Origin: Dehalococcoidia bacterium
GTDB taxonomy: Bacteria; Chloroflexota; Dehalococcoidia; Lucifugimonadales; UBA3495
Assembly: GCA_030740155.1 (NCBI GenBank)
Contig: JASLXV010000058.1
Coordinates: forward strand, 22,407 to 86,406
DNA length: 64,000 nucleotides
Reading direction: 5' to 3'
Shown here piece after piece: positions 1 to 9,645 of this stretch (within the stretch, counting starts at the first letter, position 1; every line of letters begins with the position of its first letter). The position numbers and the translations under genes were made by a program. The notes under the pieces were generated by a model. That model was not told the DNA's origin, made no database searches, and saw nothing but the letters and a program-made list of their open reading frames with translations.

Positions 1-785
1 TGGAACAGTTCGGTGGCCGCCACGTCGAGGGCGACGTAGACGTCCTGGCCCGGCGAATACCCGGCCGCCTCGATAGCCCGCACCACCATCTCGAGGGCGT
101 CCCGGTTGGAGGGAAGGGTAGGGGCGAAGCCCCCTTCGTCACCCACGTTCAGGTTGTGCCCGCCGGCGCGGAGCAGCGCCCGCAGTTCGTGATAGATCTC
201 CGACCCGGTGCGTAACGCCTCTGAGAAAGTGGGGGCGCCCACCGGTACCACCATGAACTCCTGAATGTCCGTGGAGCTGGAGGCGTGCTGCCCGCCGTTC
301 AAGATGTTGAACATCGGCACCGGCAGGCTGACATCTCCACCCTGGGACAGATAGCTCCAGAGCGAGGCGCCGGCGCCGGGCCCGGAGCCTGGTAGAGAAG
401 CGGCCGCCTTGGCCGCCGCCATGGACACCGCCAGGATGGCGTTGGCCCCCAGGTTGCTCTTGTCCGCGGTGCCGTCCAGCTCGATCAGCCTTTCGTCAAT
501 GGCGGCCTGGTCTAACGGGGAGCGGCCGGCCAAGGAGGGCCCGATCACGTCGTTCACGTTGGCCACCGCTTTCAGCACCCCGCGGCCGTGGTAGCGCTCC
601 CGGTCCCCGTCCCGGAGTTCCAGGGCCTCGTGGCTGCCGGTGCTGGCGCCCGAAGGCACTGCCGCGTGGACGAGCACGCCGTTGGAGAGGCAGACCTCGG
701 CCTCAACCGTGGGATTCCCCCGGGAGTCGAGAACCTCCCGGCCCCGAACGCCGGTGATGGTCACCTGATCGGCCGGATGTCCCAC
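1..785 (-). CDS. eno: Enolase (phosphopyruvate hydratase), N-terminal ~261 codons; the 3' end runs off the window
   Basis: Absent from the ORF track because it is open to the window edge. Manual reverse-complement translation from GTG at 785 gives [31 protein letters not shown]...[19 protein letters not shown]...[37 protein letters not shown]...[20 protein letters not shown], a canonical enolase N-terminal/barrel sequence. Confidence 0.9.
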   Translation of the reverse strand, partial: MGHPADQVTITGVRGREVLDSRGNPTVEAEVCLSNGVLVHAAVPSGASTGSHEALELRDGDRERYHGRGVLKAVANVNDVIGPSLAGRSPLDQAAIDERLIELDGTADKSNLGANAILAVSMAAAKAAASLPGSGPGAGASLWSYLSQGGDVSLPVPMFNILNGGQHASSSTDIQEFMVVPVGAPTFSEALRTGSEIYHELRALLRAGGHNLNVGDEGGFAPTLPSNRDALEMVVRAIEAAGYSPGQDVYVALDVAATELF

Positions 786-786
786 G

Positions 787-1299
787 CTAGAGTTTCCCTG
801 CGATTCTTTCGGATTTGTCTCTGGCGGCGGCGGCGGCCAACGCCCTCTCCACCGCGTCCACCGGATCGGATGCCTGGATAATCGCTCCGTCGACGGGCCG
901 GCCTTCCCCGCTGTGAGTAAGGGGCCAGGTGTTCAGGCCCACGACGGGAATCCCGTCGCCCAGAGCGTGGCCGATCTCCGACAGCGTGCCGAAGGAGCCC
1001 CCGACGGCGATGACCGCTCGCCCGCTGTGGACCACGATGACGTTCCGCGAGTACCCCATGCGGGTGATGATGGGTATGTCCACGTAGGAATTGGCCTCCG
1101 ATGGGGAGCCGCCGGGCAGGATGCCGATGGTGAGCCCTCCCTCCAGCTTGGCGCCGCGGCAGACCGCTTCCATCACCCCCGAAAGTCCGCCGCAGACCAC
1201 CGTGGCCCCTCGTTTGGCCAACTCCCGGCCCACGGCCTCGGCCAGGACTTTGAGTTCCTCGGTCGCCCCTTCACTACTTCCAATAACCGATATGATCAT
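787..1299 (-). CDS. TIGR00725/LOG-like (SLOG Rossmann-fold) family protein
   Basis: 170-aa ORF with [12 protein letters not shown] and [11 protein letters not shown] glycine-rich motifs typical of the LOG/TIGR00725 fold. Its stop codon (787-789) abuts the eno GTG at 785. Confidence 0.7.
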   Translation of the reverse strand: MIISVIGSSEGATEELKVLAEAVGRELAKRGATVVCGGLSGVMEAVCRGAKLEGGLTIGILPGGSPSEANSYVDIPIITRMGYSRNVIVVHSGRAVIAVGGSFGTLSEIGHALGDGIPVVGLNTWPLTHSGEGRPVDGAIIQASDPVDAVERALAAAAARDKSERIAGKL

Positions 1300-1410
1300 C
1301 TAACGAAACACCTCGGTACTGTACGAAATAACCCGAGTATGGGACTGGGCATTATAGCAGCTTGCCCCTATATCCTGCCGCCAACACCCGCGGAGTTCGG
1401 AGGTTGCGGA

Positions 1411-1510
1411 GCCACAGAGGCACAGAGGCACAGAGATACGGAAATAAGGACGGTGTCACGGAGTCACAAAGAAAAACCTCTGTGTCTCTGTGTCTCCGTG
1501 CCTCTGTGGC
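1411..1510. repeat. Palindromic intergenic element, 'CACAGAGGCACAGAG' family, copy 1
   Basis: Left arm gccacagaggcacagaggcacagagatacgg is the inverted complement of right arm cctctgtgtctctgtgtctccgtgcctctgtggc. Related copies lie at 3040-3104 and 22626-22697. Confidence 0.8.
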
Positions 1511-1521
1511 TAACCCTCGTT

Positions 1522-3024
1522 CTAGGTTCCCGGCAAAATAGCCCGGCTCGCCGCCTCGATAGGATCGAGAATCGGGGCCGGGTAAACCCCGATCCAGACC
1601 ATCGCTACCACCCCGATGGCCAGCACCGCCAACAGCAACACCGGGGGCTTCCCGGCCAGGCCGGTCAGGCCCTGGGAAACCTCGTCCGCCTCGGGCTCCG
1701 GGCCGGCTTCGATGTACATCTGCCGTATCACCTGGAGGTAGTAGTAGAGGGAAATCAGGCTGGTGAAGATGGCGAGGCCGGCCAGCCAGAGGAACCCATC
1801 GTTGGCCACGGCGGTAAACAGGTAGAACTTGATGGCGAACCCGGCGAAGATGGGAAGGCCGCTCAGGGAAAACAGCCCCATGGCGATGGCGGCGGCCAGG
1901 AAGGGTTGACGGTCGGCCAGACCGGCGAAGTCGGCGATCAGCTCCTTCCCGGTCATGTTGAAGAAAGCGATCAGTCCGGCAAATACCACCAGGTTGGTGA
2001 TCGAATAGCCCACCAGGTAGAGCATGATGCCGTTGGAGGCCAGGGCCGAGTCCGAAGACAGGGCGGCGAAGCCCGCCAGGATGAACCCGGCGTGCCCGAT
2101 GCTGGAGTAGGCCATCATCCGCTTGATGTTCTTCTGGGCCAGGGCCACCAGGTTGCCCACGAGCATTGTCACCGCCGACAGCACCGCCAGGATAATCTGC
2201 CACTGGTCCCAGCGGTCGGTTGCGGGTACGAACCCCTCGGCGGTCAGGCGCAGCACCAGGGCAAATGCCGCCGCCTTGGACCCGATGGTCAGATAGGCGG
2301 TGACGGGGTAGGGCGCGCCCTCGTACACGTCAGGGGCCCACATGTGGAAGGGTACCGCTCCCACTTTGAAGCCCAGCCCCACCACGATCAGCGCCACGCC
2401 GACCCACAACGCCGGGCTAACCTCGGTGGCGGCTCCCAGGGCGATGCTGATGTCTTCAAACCGGGTTACCCCGAGGGTGCTGTACACCATGCTGATGCCG
2501 TACAGCATGATGGCCGAGGAGAAGGCGCCGATTATGATGTACTTGAGGCCGGCCTCGTTGGACTTGGCGTTGCCTCGGGCATAGGAGGCCAGCACGTACA
2601 GGCTGAAGCTGAGCAGCTCCAGAGAGATGTAAGCAGTCAAAAGCTCCCGGGACTGGGCCATCAGGTTCATGCCCAGGATCGAGAAGAGGAGCAGCCCGTA
2701 AAACTCTCCGGGGTTGTCGAGGAATTTCCTCACGTGCTCGATGGAGCTGAGTATGATGAAAACGCCCATGGCCAGGAAGAAGACCTTGAAGAACAAGGAG
2801 TAGTCGTCGATGGCCAGCAGCCCGCCGTAGAGCGATTCATCCTCGCCCCACAGCATCACCACCGAAACGCCGATCACGCCCAGAAGCCCGGCGATGGACA
2901 GCCAGGCCAGCAACTCTTTGCGATCGTCCGGCAGCACCAGATCGATGGCGAAGACCGCGAAAGCCAGGGCCGCCAACACGAACTCCGGCGTCAGCAGGTG
3001 CAGATTTTCGGTCAGGTCAGGCAT
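1522..3024 (-). CDS. nuoN: NADH-quinone oxidoreductase subunit N (antiporter-like)
   Basis: 500-aa polytopic membrane ORF with an Mrp/Nuo antiporter-like signature (AYSSIGHAGFIL). It is the last gene of the collinear nuoA-N array. Confidence 0.85.
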   Translation of the reverse strand: MPDLTENLHLLTPEFVLAALAFAVFAIDLVLPDDRKELLAWLSIAGLLGVIGVSVVMLWGEDESLYGGLLAIDDYSLFFKVFFLAMGVFIILSSIEHVRKFLDNPGEFYGLLLFSILGMNLMAQSRELLTAYISLELLSFSLYVLASYARGNAKSNEAGLKYIIIGAFSSAIMLYGISMVYSTLGVTRFEDISIALGAATEVSPALWVGVALIVVGLGFKVGAVPFHMWAPDVYEGAPYPVTAYLTIGSKAAAFALVLRLTAEGFVPATDRWDQWQIILAVLSAVTMLVGNLVALAQKNIKRMMAYSSIGHAGFILAGFAALSSDSALASNGIMLYLVGYSITNLVVFAGLIAFFNMTGKELIADFAGLADRQPFLAAAIAMGLFSLSGLPIFAGFAIKFYLFTAVANDGFLWLAGLAIFTSLISLYYYLQVIRQMYIEAGPEPEADEVSQGLTGLAGKPPVLLLAVLAIGVVAMVWIGVYPAPILDPIEAASRAILPGT

Positions 3025-3039
3025 TGGTTCTCGCTAGTT

Positions 3040-3104
3040 GACACAGAGGCATAGAGGACACAGAGAACAAACATAAGTCTCTGTGTCCTCAGTGTCTCCG
3101 TGGC
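3040..3104. repeat. Palindromic intergenic element, 'CACAGAG' family, copy 2 (between nuoM and nuoN)
   Basis: gacacagaggcatagaggacacagagaac ... gtctctgtgtcctcagtgtctccgtggc. Same arm sequence family as 1411-1510. Confidence 0.75.
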
Positions 3105-3114
3105 TAATCAAACT

Positions 3115-4626
3115 CTACGCTCCAAGTATCTCGTTCACGCCGACGTTGATTACCCGCATCAACGGCTCGGGCCACAGGCCCACGAATATCAAGATCATCA
3201 CGAAAGCCCCGCCCACCGCCTTTTCCACGGGGCTGGCGTCGGTGAGATGCTCCCATTGGGTGTCTCCCTCTCCGAAGAAGGCCCGGGCCAGCAGCCGCAG
3301 GATGTAGACGGCGGTGAGGGCGGCGCCGATCACCGCCAGCACCGCCAGGGGCAGGTAGGTACGGAACGCCCCGGTGAACACCATGAACTCGGCGATAAAG
3401 CCGCTCAGTCCCGGCAGCCCCAGCGACGCCAATCCGGCGATGGCGAAGAAGAAGCTGGTGACCTTCATCCGGCCGAAGAGGCCGTTCAAGACCCGGATGT
3501 CGCGAACGTGTGTCCGGTCATAAATCGTCCCGACGAGCAGGAACATGAGGGCCGTCATGATTCCGTGAGAGAACATCTGCAGGACGGCGCCGCCCACCCC
3601 GATCCGGTCCAGGGTGGCGACGCCCATCAGCACGTATCCCATGTGGCTGACGCTGGAATAGCCGATCACGTACTTCAGGTCGGTCTGGGACATGGCGGAG
3701 ACGGCGCCGTAGAGCACGTTGACGGTCCCCAGGCTGATCAACACCGGCATCCAGTTCTCGGCGCCCTCCGGGAGTAGGACCATGCCGACTCGGATAATGC
3801 CGTAGGCCCCCAGCTTCATCAAGACCCCGGCGTGCAACATACTCACCGCCGTGGGCGCGGCGACGTGGCCGTCGGGGGACCAGGTGTGAAACGGCCACAA
3901 GCCGGCCAGCACGCCGAAGCCGACCATGAACAGGGGGAACACCCAATTCTGGAAATTTTCGCTGAGCAGGCCCTCTTCGGCCAGTGAGCCCAGGGCCGGC
4001 ATGGAGAAGGTTGGGGACCCGGCTTCCCCCGCCTCCACGTAGACCGCCAGTATCCCGATCCAGACCAGCACGCTGCCGGCGACCAGGTACAGGAACAGCT
4101 TCATCGCCCCGTACTCTTTGGTGCGGAGGAAGGTGCCGAAGTCGGTGCTGCTGCCCCAGACGCCGATCAGAAGGTACATGGGCAGGACCGCCAGTTCGTA
4201 GAAGAAGAACAGGAAGAACAGGTCCCGCACCGCGAACACCCCGTAGACGCCCGCGCTCAGGGCCAGCAACAGAACGAAAAAATCGCGCGGCCGGTGGCGG
4301 ATGTTCTGGGAGATGAGCACCCCGCCGAACAGGACTATGCCGTTCAGCAAGATCAGTGGCGCGGAGATGCCGTCGATGCCCAGGGAGAAGTCGATGTTGA
4401 GCGGCGCGTCCAACCATTCGAAGGAGCGCTCGAACTGGAAGCCGCCCACCCCATAGTCGTAGCGGGCGAAGATGACCAGGGACAGCACCAGCGACAGAAA
4501 CGCGACGAAGACCGCGAAACGCCACACCTCCTTGGGCCGGTCGCGGGGCATGAACATAGCCAAGACGGCCCCCAGCGACGGCAGGAGGATAATCAGGACC
4601 AGCGACATCTCGTCGAAGTTGCTCAT
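3115..4626 (-). CDS. nuoM: NADH-quinone oxidoreductase subunit M
   Basis: 503-aa membrane ORF with GYSSVSHMGYVLMG and WLPDGHVAAPT-like (WSPDGHVAAPTAVS) motifs of NuoM/ND4. Confidence 0.85.
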   Translation of the reverse strand: MSNFDEMSLVLIILLPSLGAVLAMFMPRDRPKEVWRFAVFVAFLSLVLSLVIFARYDYGVGGFQFERSFEWLDAPLNIDFSLGIDGISAPLILLNGIVLFGGVLISQNIRHRPRDFFVLLLALSAGVYGVFAVRDLFFLFFFYELAVLPMYLLIGVWGSSTDFGTFLRTKEYGAMKLFLYLVAGSVLVWIGILAVYVEAGEAGSPTFSMPALGSLAEEGLLSENFQNWVFPLFMVGFGVLAGLWPFHTWSPDGHVAAPTAVSMLHAGVLMKLGAYGIIRVGMVLLPEGAENWMPVLISLGTVNVLYGAVSAMSQTDLKYVIGYSSVSHMGYVLMGVATLDRIGVGGAVLQMFSHGIMTALMFLLVGTIYDRTHVRDIRVLNGLFGRMKVTSFFFAIAGLASLGLPGLSGFIAEFMVFTGAFRTYLPLAVLAVIGAALTAVYILRLLARAFFGEGDTQWEHLTDASPVEKAVGGAFVMILIFVGLWPEPLMRVINVGVNEILGA

Positions 4627-4636
4627 TCCCCGCCCA

Positions 4637-6556
4637 TCAGGTGGACCTTACCCACCACAGTATGGCCAGCCCCATGGTCCCCAACACCATGGCCAGCATG
4701 TAGCTGTACACGTGGCCGGTCACGTGAAGCCGCAGGGCGTACCCCAGGCGCCAGACGGAGTTGGCTGGTCCGTTGACCGCCACGTCGTTGATGACTGCCC
4801 GGTCAAAAAGGGCGACGAAGCCAGAGAAGACCAGCACCACCCGGTCCACCACCCACTGGTACACCTCGTCGAAGTAGTACTTGTTCTCCACCACCCGGAG
4901 CACCGGGGCGAACCGGGACCGCACACCGTCCAGGGAAATGCTTCCCTTCACGTAGACCAGGGAGGCGAACCAGAAGGCCCCCACGGCGAGAACGATGGAG
5001 ACGATGCCAAGCCACCAGTTGAACTCAAAACCGTGCTTCTTTCCGAAGAAGACGAATCCGGCGAAGCCGTCGTAGCTTCCCGGCCAGTTGAAGCTCAAGA
5101 ACCCGAACCCCACCGCCAGAACGGCCAGCACCAGCATCGGCACAGCCATCGGCCACGGGGCATCGTGAACGTGTTGAAGCTCTCGCCGCAACCGGCCAAA
5201 GAAGGGTACGAACATGGCCCGGGCCATGTAGAGGGCGCTCATGAACGCCGTAACCAGGGCCAGGACGATAAAGGCCGGGTTTCGGCCCTCCTCGACGGCG
5301 GCCAGTATCTCGTCCTTGCTCCAGAACCCGGCCAGTACGGGTATCCCGCCGAGGGACAGTGCCCCAATGGAGAAGACCAGGGCGGTCAGCGGCATCACCC
5401 GCCGCAGCCCTCCCATATTCCTCATGTCCTGGTGATCGGTGCTGTGCATCACGCTGCCGGCCCCCAGGAACAGGAGGGCCTTGGCGAAGCCGTGGGCCAG
5501 CAGGTGGAAAATGGCGGCAGTATAGCCAAAGGCGCCCAACGACAGCATCATCAGTCCCAGGTGGCTGATGGTGGAGTAGGCCAGCATCAGCTTCAGGTCC
5601 GTGGCCACCAGGGCGATGGTTGAAGCCATCAGCGCGGTGGTCAGGCCGACGATGGCCACCACCAGCAGGGCATCGCCATCGTACGCTTCGAAGAGGGGGA
5701 AGGCCCGGGCCACCAGGTAGACCCCGGCGACCACCATGGTGGCGGCGTGGATCAGGGCGCTGACCGGAGATGGGCCCTCCATGGCGTCAGGCAGCCAAAC
5801 GTGGAACGGCACTTGGGCCGACTTGCCCATGGCGCCCAAGAAGAGCAGCAAGGCCGCCACGGTGGCGGTTCCTTGGCTCATGGCCCCGGTGCGCACCGCC
5901 TCGAAGGTATCCGCCATGCTGAAGCTGCCCACCTCCCGCCATAGAACCAGAATCCCAATCAGCAACCCTACGTCGCCGATTCGGGTGACGACGAAGGCCT
6001 TCTTGGCCGCCTCCCGGGCCGATGGCTTCTCGTGCCAGAAGCCGATGAGCAGGTAGGAGCACATCCCCACCAGCTCCCAAGCCACGTAGAGCAGCAGGAA
6101 GTTGTCGGCCAGCACCAGGGTCAGCATGGCCGCCGCGAACAAAGAATGGACAGCGAAGTACCAGCCAAAGCGCGGGTCGCCCTTCATGTAACCCCAGGAG
6201 TAGATCTGCACCATCAGGGCGACGAAGGTGACCAGCCCCAGCATGGACACCGTCAGAGGATCGATGAGCATACCCCATTTGAGCTGTACGCTGTCGCCCA
6301 CGCCGGGCAGACCGGCATTGAACCAGGTCCGCTCGTACTGGCAGGTAAGGGCACCCGTGTCCTCGCTGGTAGAACAGTGCTCGGTGGCCGGCCCGGCATC
6401 CAGGAAGCTGCCGAATACCACCCAGAAGACGGCGAAACCGGCGGCGATGGCGAGGATGGCCAGGATAGCGCCCTTGCCGGGCAAGTACCTGCCGAATGCG
6501 ACAATAATCGGCGCGGCAACCAAGCTGAAGACCGGTATGAGCCAGGCCCATTCCAT
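4637..6556 (-). CDS. nuoL: NADH-quinone oxidoreductase subunit L
   Basis: 639-aa membrane ORF with WLPDAMEGPSPVSALIHAATMV and AYSTISHLGLMM motifs and a long C-terminal extension typical of NuoL/ND5. Confidence 0.9.
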   Translation of the reverse strand: MEWAWLIPVFSLVAAPIIVAFGRYLPGKGAILAILAIAAGFAVFWVVFGSFLDAGPATEHCSTSEDTGALTCQYERTWFNAGLPGVGDSVQLKWGMLIDPLTVSMLGLVTFVALMVQIYSWGYMKGDPRFGWYFAVHSLFAAAMLTLVLADNFLLLYVAWELVGMCSYLLIGFWHEKPSAREAAKKAFVVTRIGDVGLLIGILVLWREVGSFSMADTFEAVRTGAMSQGTATVAALLLFLGAMGKSAQVPFHVWLPDAMEGPSPVSALIHAATMVVAGVYLVARAFPLFEAYDGDALLVVAIVGLTTALMASTIALVATDLKLMLAYSTISHLGLMMLSLGAFGYTAAIFHLLAHGFAKALLFLGAGSVMHSTDHQDMRNMGGLRRVMPLTALVFSIGALSLGGIPVLAGFWSKDEILAAVEEGRNPAFIVLALVTAFMSALYMARAMFVPFFGRLRRELQHVHDAPWPMAVPMLVLAVLAVGFGFLSFNWPGSYDGFAGFVFFGKKHGFEFNWWLGIVSIVLAVGAFWFASLVYVKGSISLDGVRSRFAPVLRVVENKYYFDEVYQWVVDRVVLVFSGFVALFDRAVINDVAVNGPANSVWRLGYALRLHVTGHVYSYMLAMVLGTMGLAILWWVRST

Positions 6557-6639
6557 CGGCTAGCAGTCTCTCGCCGGCGGCTGATAGCCGATAGCTGATA
6601 GCTGATCGCTGTGGGTTGATCTGCGTATCACTTGCGTGA

Positions 6640-6960
6640 TCACCACCTCATCAGGTCTATTTCGTCTACGTTCACCGTGGAACGGTTCCGGTGCATGCGC
6701 AGGATGATGGCCAGCGCGAGGCCAACCTCGGCGGCGGCCACGGTGATCACGAAGATCGCGATGATCTGGCCGTCGAAGTGGACGAATTTGCCGGTGCCGT
6801 TGAGGTGGGACGCGGCGGCGATCAGGTTGATGTTCACCGCGTTCAGCATCAATTCGATTGACATAACGATCAGGACAGCGCTCCGCCGGGCCAGCACACC
6901 GTAGAGCCCGATGGCGAACAACCCGGCGCTCAGCAACTGAAATGCCACCAGAGGGACCAT
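6640..6960 (-). CDS. nuoK: NADH-quinone oxidoreductase subunit K
   Basis: 106-aa, three-helix ORF. MSIELMLNAVNINL is characteristic of NuoK/ND4L, and the position between nuoJ and nuoL fits. Confidence 0.9.
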   Translation of the reverse strand: MVPLVAFQLLSAGLFAIGLYGVLARRSAVLIVMSIELMLNAVNINLIAAASHLNGTGKFVHFDGQIIAIFVITVAAAEVGLALAIILRMHRNRSTVNVDEIDLMRW

Positions 6961-6963
6961 AAG

Positions 6964-7500
6964 TTACCTTTCGTCCCTCCTGGTGCGGGCTATGAGTATC
7001 GCCCCGATGAGGGCCACCAGCAGCACCAGCGACGCTACCTCAAAGGGGATTGCCCACCGGGTGAACAGGGAGTTGGCCAGCTCGGTGAACACCGGGCTCT
7101 GCGGCTCGGTGTCTTCCACCCGCCGGATCCAGAAAGACGGAATCAACACCCCCAGCAGGCCCAGGGCGGCCACCGCCGCCAGGGGCCACTGCCGGTTATC
7201 GGAAATCCGCGGGTATTCAGCGGTACGGGTAAGCATGATGGCGAACAGAAGCACGATGATGATCGCGCCTCCGTAGATGAGCACCTGAACCAGAGCTAGG
7301 AACTCGGTGAACAGGATGAGGTAAACGCCGGCCACCGCGGCCAGAGAAACCAGCAGTGCCAGGGCGGCATGGACCACGTTCCGGGTCACCACGACGCCCA
7401 AAGCCCCGCCAAGGGTCAATACAGCCAGCAAAATGAATAAAAACCAAGACACGGCTACCGGCCCCAACCAAATAATGAGCCACCGTGACGGCGGCTCCAA
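6964..7500 (-). CDS. nuoJ: NADH-quinone oxidoreductase subunit J (start uncertain)
   Basis: 178-aa hydrophobic ORF (VTRNVVHAALALLVSL..., IYGGAIIIVLLFAIML) immediately upstream of nuoK. The true start may lie a few codons downstream of 7500. Confidence 0.8.
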   Translation of the reverse strand: MEPPSRWLIIWLGPVAVSWFLFILLAVLTLGGALGVVVTRNVVHAALALLVSLAAVAGVYLILFTEFLALVQVLIYGGAIIIVLLFAIMLTRTAEYPRISDNRQWPLAAVAALGLLGVLIPSFWIRRVEDTEPQSPVFTELANSLFTRWAIPFEVASLVLLVALIGAILIARTRRDER

Positions 7501-7547
7501 CGGGAATCAGTTCCACACAGCGTATCCTTACGGATACCCATCGATTC

Positions 7548-7715
7548 TCACCGCCTCCCGAATATCCTCCTCAAGAATCCTCCGATGCCTCGCGTTTCAT
7601 GCCTGGGTCCAATCCGTTTCTTTCTCAAGAACCGCTCGGTGCAATCAACGCAGGTACAGGCCGGAGGGTGCCCTCCGGTCATGTTCCGAACCCGTTCGTC
7701 TTCCCGTCTCGGCAT
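7548..7715 (-). CDS. Possible 55-aa small ORF in the nuoI-nuoJ gap (hypothetical)
   Basis: Below the ORF-track size cutoff. Manual translation gives MPRREDERVRNMTGGHPPACTCVDCTERFLRKKRIGPRHETRGIGGFLRRIFGRR. It is on the same strand as the operon and has a C-x-C-x2-C motif. No clear Shine-Dalgarno sequence is present. Confidence 0.2.
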   Translation of the reverse strand: MPRREDERVRNMTGGHPPACTCVDCTERFLRKKRIGPRHETRGIGGFLRRIFGRR

Positions 7716-7800
7716 GTCCGATACATCATCGACGGCTGCGACGCCCGAAGGACTCGCAAGCCGCCCCTATTCTGCACCACGTCGCAGCCATGGCCCCGGG

Positions 7801-8382
7801 CTAATCTTCAGCCGCCGCGACCGCCGCGGGGACTTCGCCCTTGGGCTCGGCGGCGGCCGCACTCTCTTTCTTCCGTTTGGCCAGCACCGTGGGAGCAATC
7901 CAGTCTGTCTCCCGCTGGAACTTTTTCCCGGTCTCCAACAGGGCCGGCAAGTCCACCCGGTCACCGTTTCGTTGGCAGGTACTCATCTCGTGCTCGTGGC
8001 TCATCACGATGGCGTCAAAGTTACATACCTCAACGCAAATCCCGCATATTATACACCGGTTCAGGTTGATTTCGAAACTGTCGATGATCTTGCGCCGGTG
8101 GCTCCGGCCGTCTTCCTGGAGCGGGTTGTTTTTCATGTTCGCCGACATGCACCGGGTGGGACAGTTTCGGATACAGACCATGCAGCCGGTGCAGTAGGGC
8201 TCGCCAACCTGGTCATCCCAGGTCAACGCGGGAAAACCCATGAACCGGGGTTGCACCGGTGTCGGGACGCCGGTCCTTTTCCAGAAACGGCCGGTCTCGG
8301 GGTACTGGCGCGTCACAGGCTCCCGCAACCCGTGCAGCGTGGATAGGAGGGTCACCCAGAGACCTTTAATGCTGTATTTCAT
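7801..8382 (-). CDS. nuoI: NADH-quinone oxidoreductase subunit I (2x[4Fe-4S] ferredoxin)
   Basis: 193-aa ORF with two CxxCxxCxxxCP-type motifs, CTGCMVCIRNCP and CIICGICVEVCN. Carries an Ala/Glu-rich C-terminal tail. Confidence 0.85.
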   Translation of the reverse strand: MKYSIKGLWVTLLSTLHGLREPVTRQYPETGRFWKRTGVPTPVQPRFMGFPALTWDDQVGEPYCTGCMVCIRNCPTRCMSANMKNNPLQEDGRSHRRKIIDSFEINLNRCIICGICVEVCNFDAIVMSHEHEMSTCQRNGDRVDLPALLETGKKFQRETDWIAPTVLAKRKKESAAAAEPKGEVPAAVAAAED

Positions 8383-8424
8383 CGGCCAATCACTGATCTA
8401 AACTCGAATTGATGATTCCGGCTC

Positions 8425-9645
8425 TTACCCGGAGTCCAGCCCGGTCCGGCCTTGCGGGGCCGCACCCTCGGTCTCACCCAATCCAGCCCCCCGAGCTTGA
8501 CTCACCCCACGTCCGGAGGTTTGAAGCACTTTTTGGCGGGCCCGCACCTCGGCCACCCGGTGGGCCGGGGCCACCAGGCTGCGGTAAATCAGGTAGGCCA
8601 CCAACAGCAGGCCCCCCAGCGACATCAGGGTCAAAGACCAGGCCGGCCAGCCGTAGAACTGGTAAACCGCGGTCATGACAATGGTCAGGAACGAGAGGGG
8701 CACCAGCACCTTCCAGGCGAAGCCCATGAGCTGATCGACCCGCAGCCTGGGGAAGGTGCCCCGCACCCAGAAAATCACCAGGACGACGGCGTAGGTTTTC
8801 AAGAGGAACCAGACGATGCCGGGCAGGACCGGTCCCAACCAGCCACCCAGGAACAGCAAGGTGGTCAGCGCGCCGACGGCGAAGGTGTTGATGTACTCGG
8901 CCAGGAAGAACACTGCCCAGTGGGCGCCGCTGTACTCCACGAAAGGGCCGCCCACGATTTCCGACTCGGCGTGGTAGATGTCGAAGGGAGTGCGCCCAAC
9001 CTCGGCCAGCCCGGCGATGAAGAAAACGACCAGGCCCAGAGGCTGGATCAAAACATAGGGATAACTGCTCTGCCCCGCGTTCAGCGCCGAACCGGCGACT
9101 ATCTCCCGCAAATCCAAGGATTGGGCCAGCATGGCCACCACGATGACCACCATGATGACGGGGATCTCGTAGCTGATTAGCTGGGCCGCCGCCCTCAGTC
9201 CCCCCAGAGTCCCGTACTTGTTAGCGGAGCCCCATCCGGCCAGAACCAGGCCGAGAATCCCGATGACGGTGAACGCGACGATGTAGAATAGTCCCAGGTC
9301 CAGGTTTCTCAACACCGCGTCTTCAGACCCCGGAATGGTGACCCAGATCATGAAAGCGGCCAGCATCACAATGACCGGCGCCGCCCAAAAGATGGCTTTC
9401 TCTGAGGAAGACGGAATGATGTCTTCCTTCGCAATCAGCTTGATCGCGTCGGCGATGGGCTGCATCAAGCCCATGGGACCGGTGCGGGTTGGGCCCAGCC
9501 GGCGCTGCAACCGGCCCAGCACCTTGCGCTCCAGCCAGGTCAGCGAGAGTACCACCACTGCCAACGCAACGAACATGGCCAGCAACCCCACCACAATCCA
9601 TCCGGAGGTTGCCAGGCTGACGGCAAGTATTGGTACGGCCGGCAT
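8425..9645 (-). CDS. nuoH: NADH-quinone oxidoreductase subunit H
   Basis: 406-aa membrane ORF with LERKVLGRLQRRLGPTRTGPMGLMQPIADAIKL and GRTPFDIYHAESEIVGG motifs of NuoH/ND1. Its ATG overlaps the nuoD TGA (ATGA at 9643-9647). Has a C-terminal hydrophilic extension. Confidence 0.9.
   Translation of the reverse strand: MPAVPILAVSLATSGWIVVGLLAMFVALAVVVLSLTWLERKVLGRLQRRLGPTRTGPMGLMQPIADAIKLIAKEDIIPSSSEKAIFWAAPVIVMLAAFMIWVTIPGSEDAVLRNLDLGLFYIVAFTVIGILGLVLAGWGSANKYGTLGGLRAAAQLISYEIPVIMVVIVVAMLAQSLDLREIVAGSALNAGQSSYPYVLIQPLGLVVFFIAGLAEVGRTPFDIYHAESEIVGGPFVEYSGAHWAVFFLAEYINTFAVGALTTLLFLGGWLGPVLPGIVWFLLKTYAVVLVIFWVRGTFPRLRVDQLMGFAWKVLVPLSFLTIVMTAVYQFYGWPAWSLTLMSLGGLLLVAYLIYRSLVAPAHRVAEVRARQKVLQTSGRGVSQARGAGLGETEGAAPQGRTGLDSG

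Noticed and set aside
913-3054. 713-aa plus-strand ORF, and similar long ORFs: 1352-2203(-), 4472-5623(+), 19615-20760(-), 26015-26893(-), 37858-38772(-), 41195-42760(-), 45445-46515(-), 47370-48344(-), 56606-57751(-).
   Set aside because: All lie antisense to, or out of frame with, genes that have strong family signatures. Their translations are low-complexity and rich in R/G/P/H/Q/D, as expected for shadow ORFs in high-GC DNA. No motifs were recognised.
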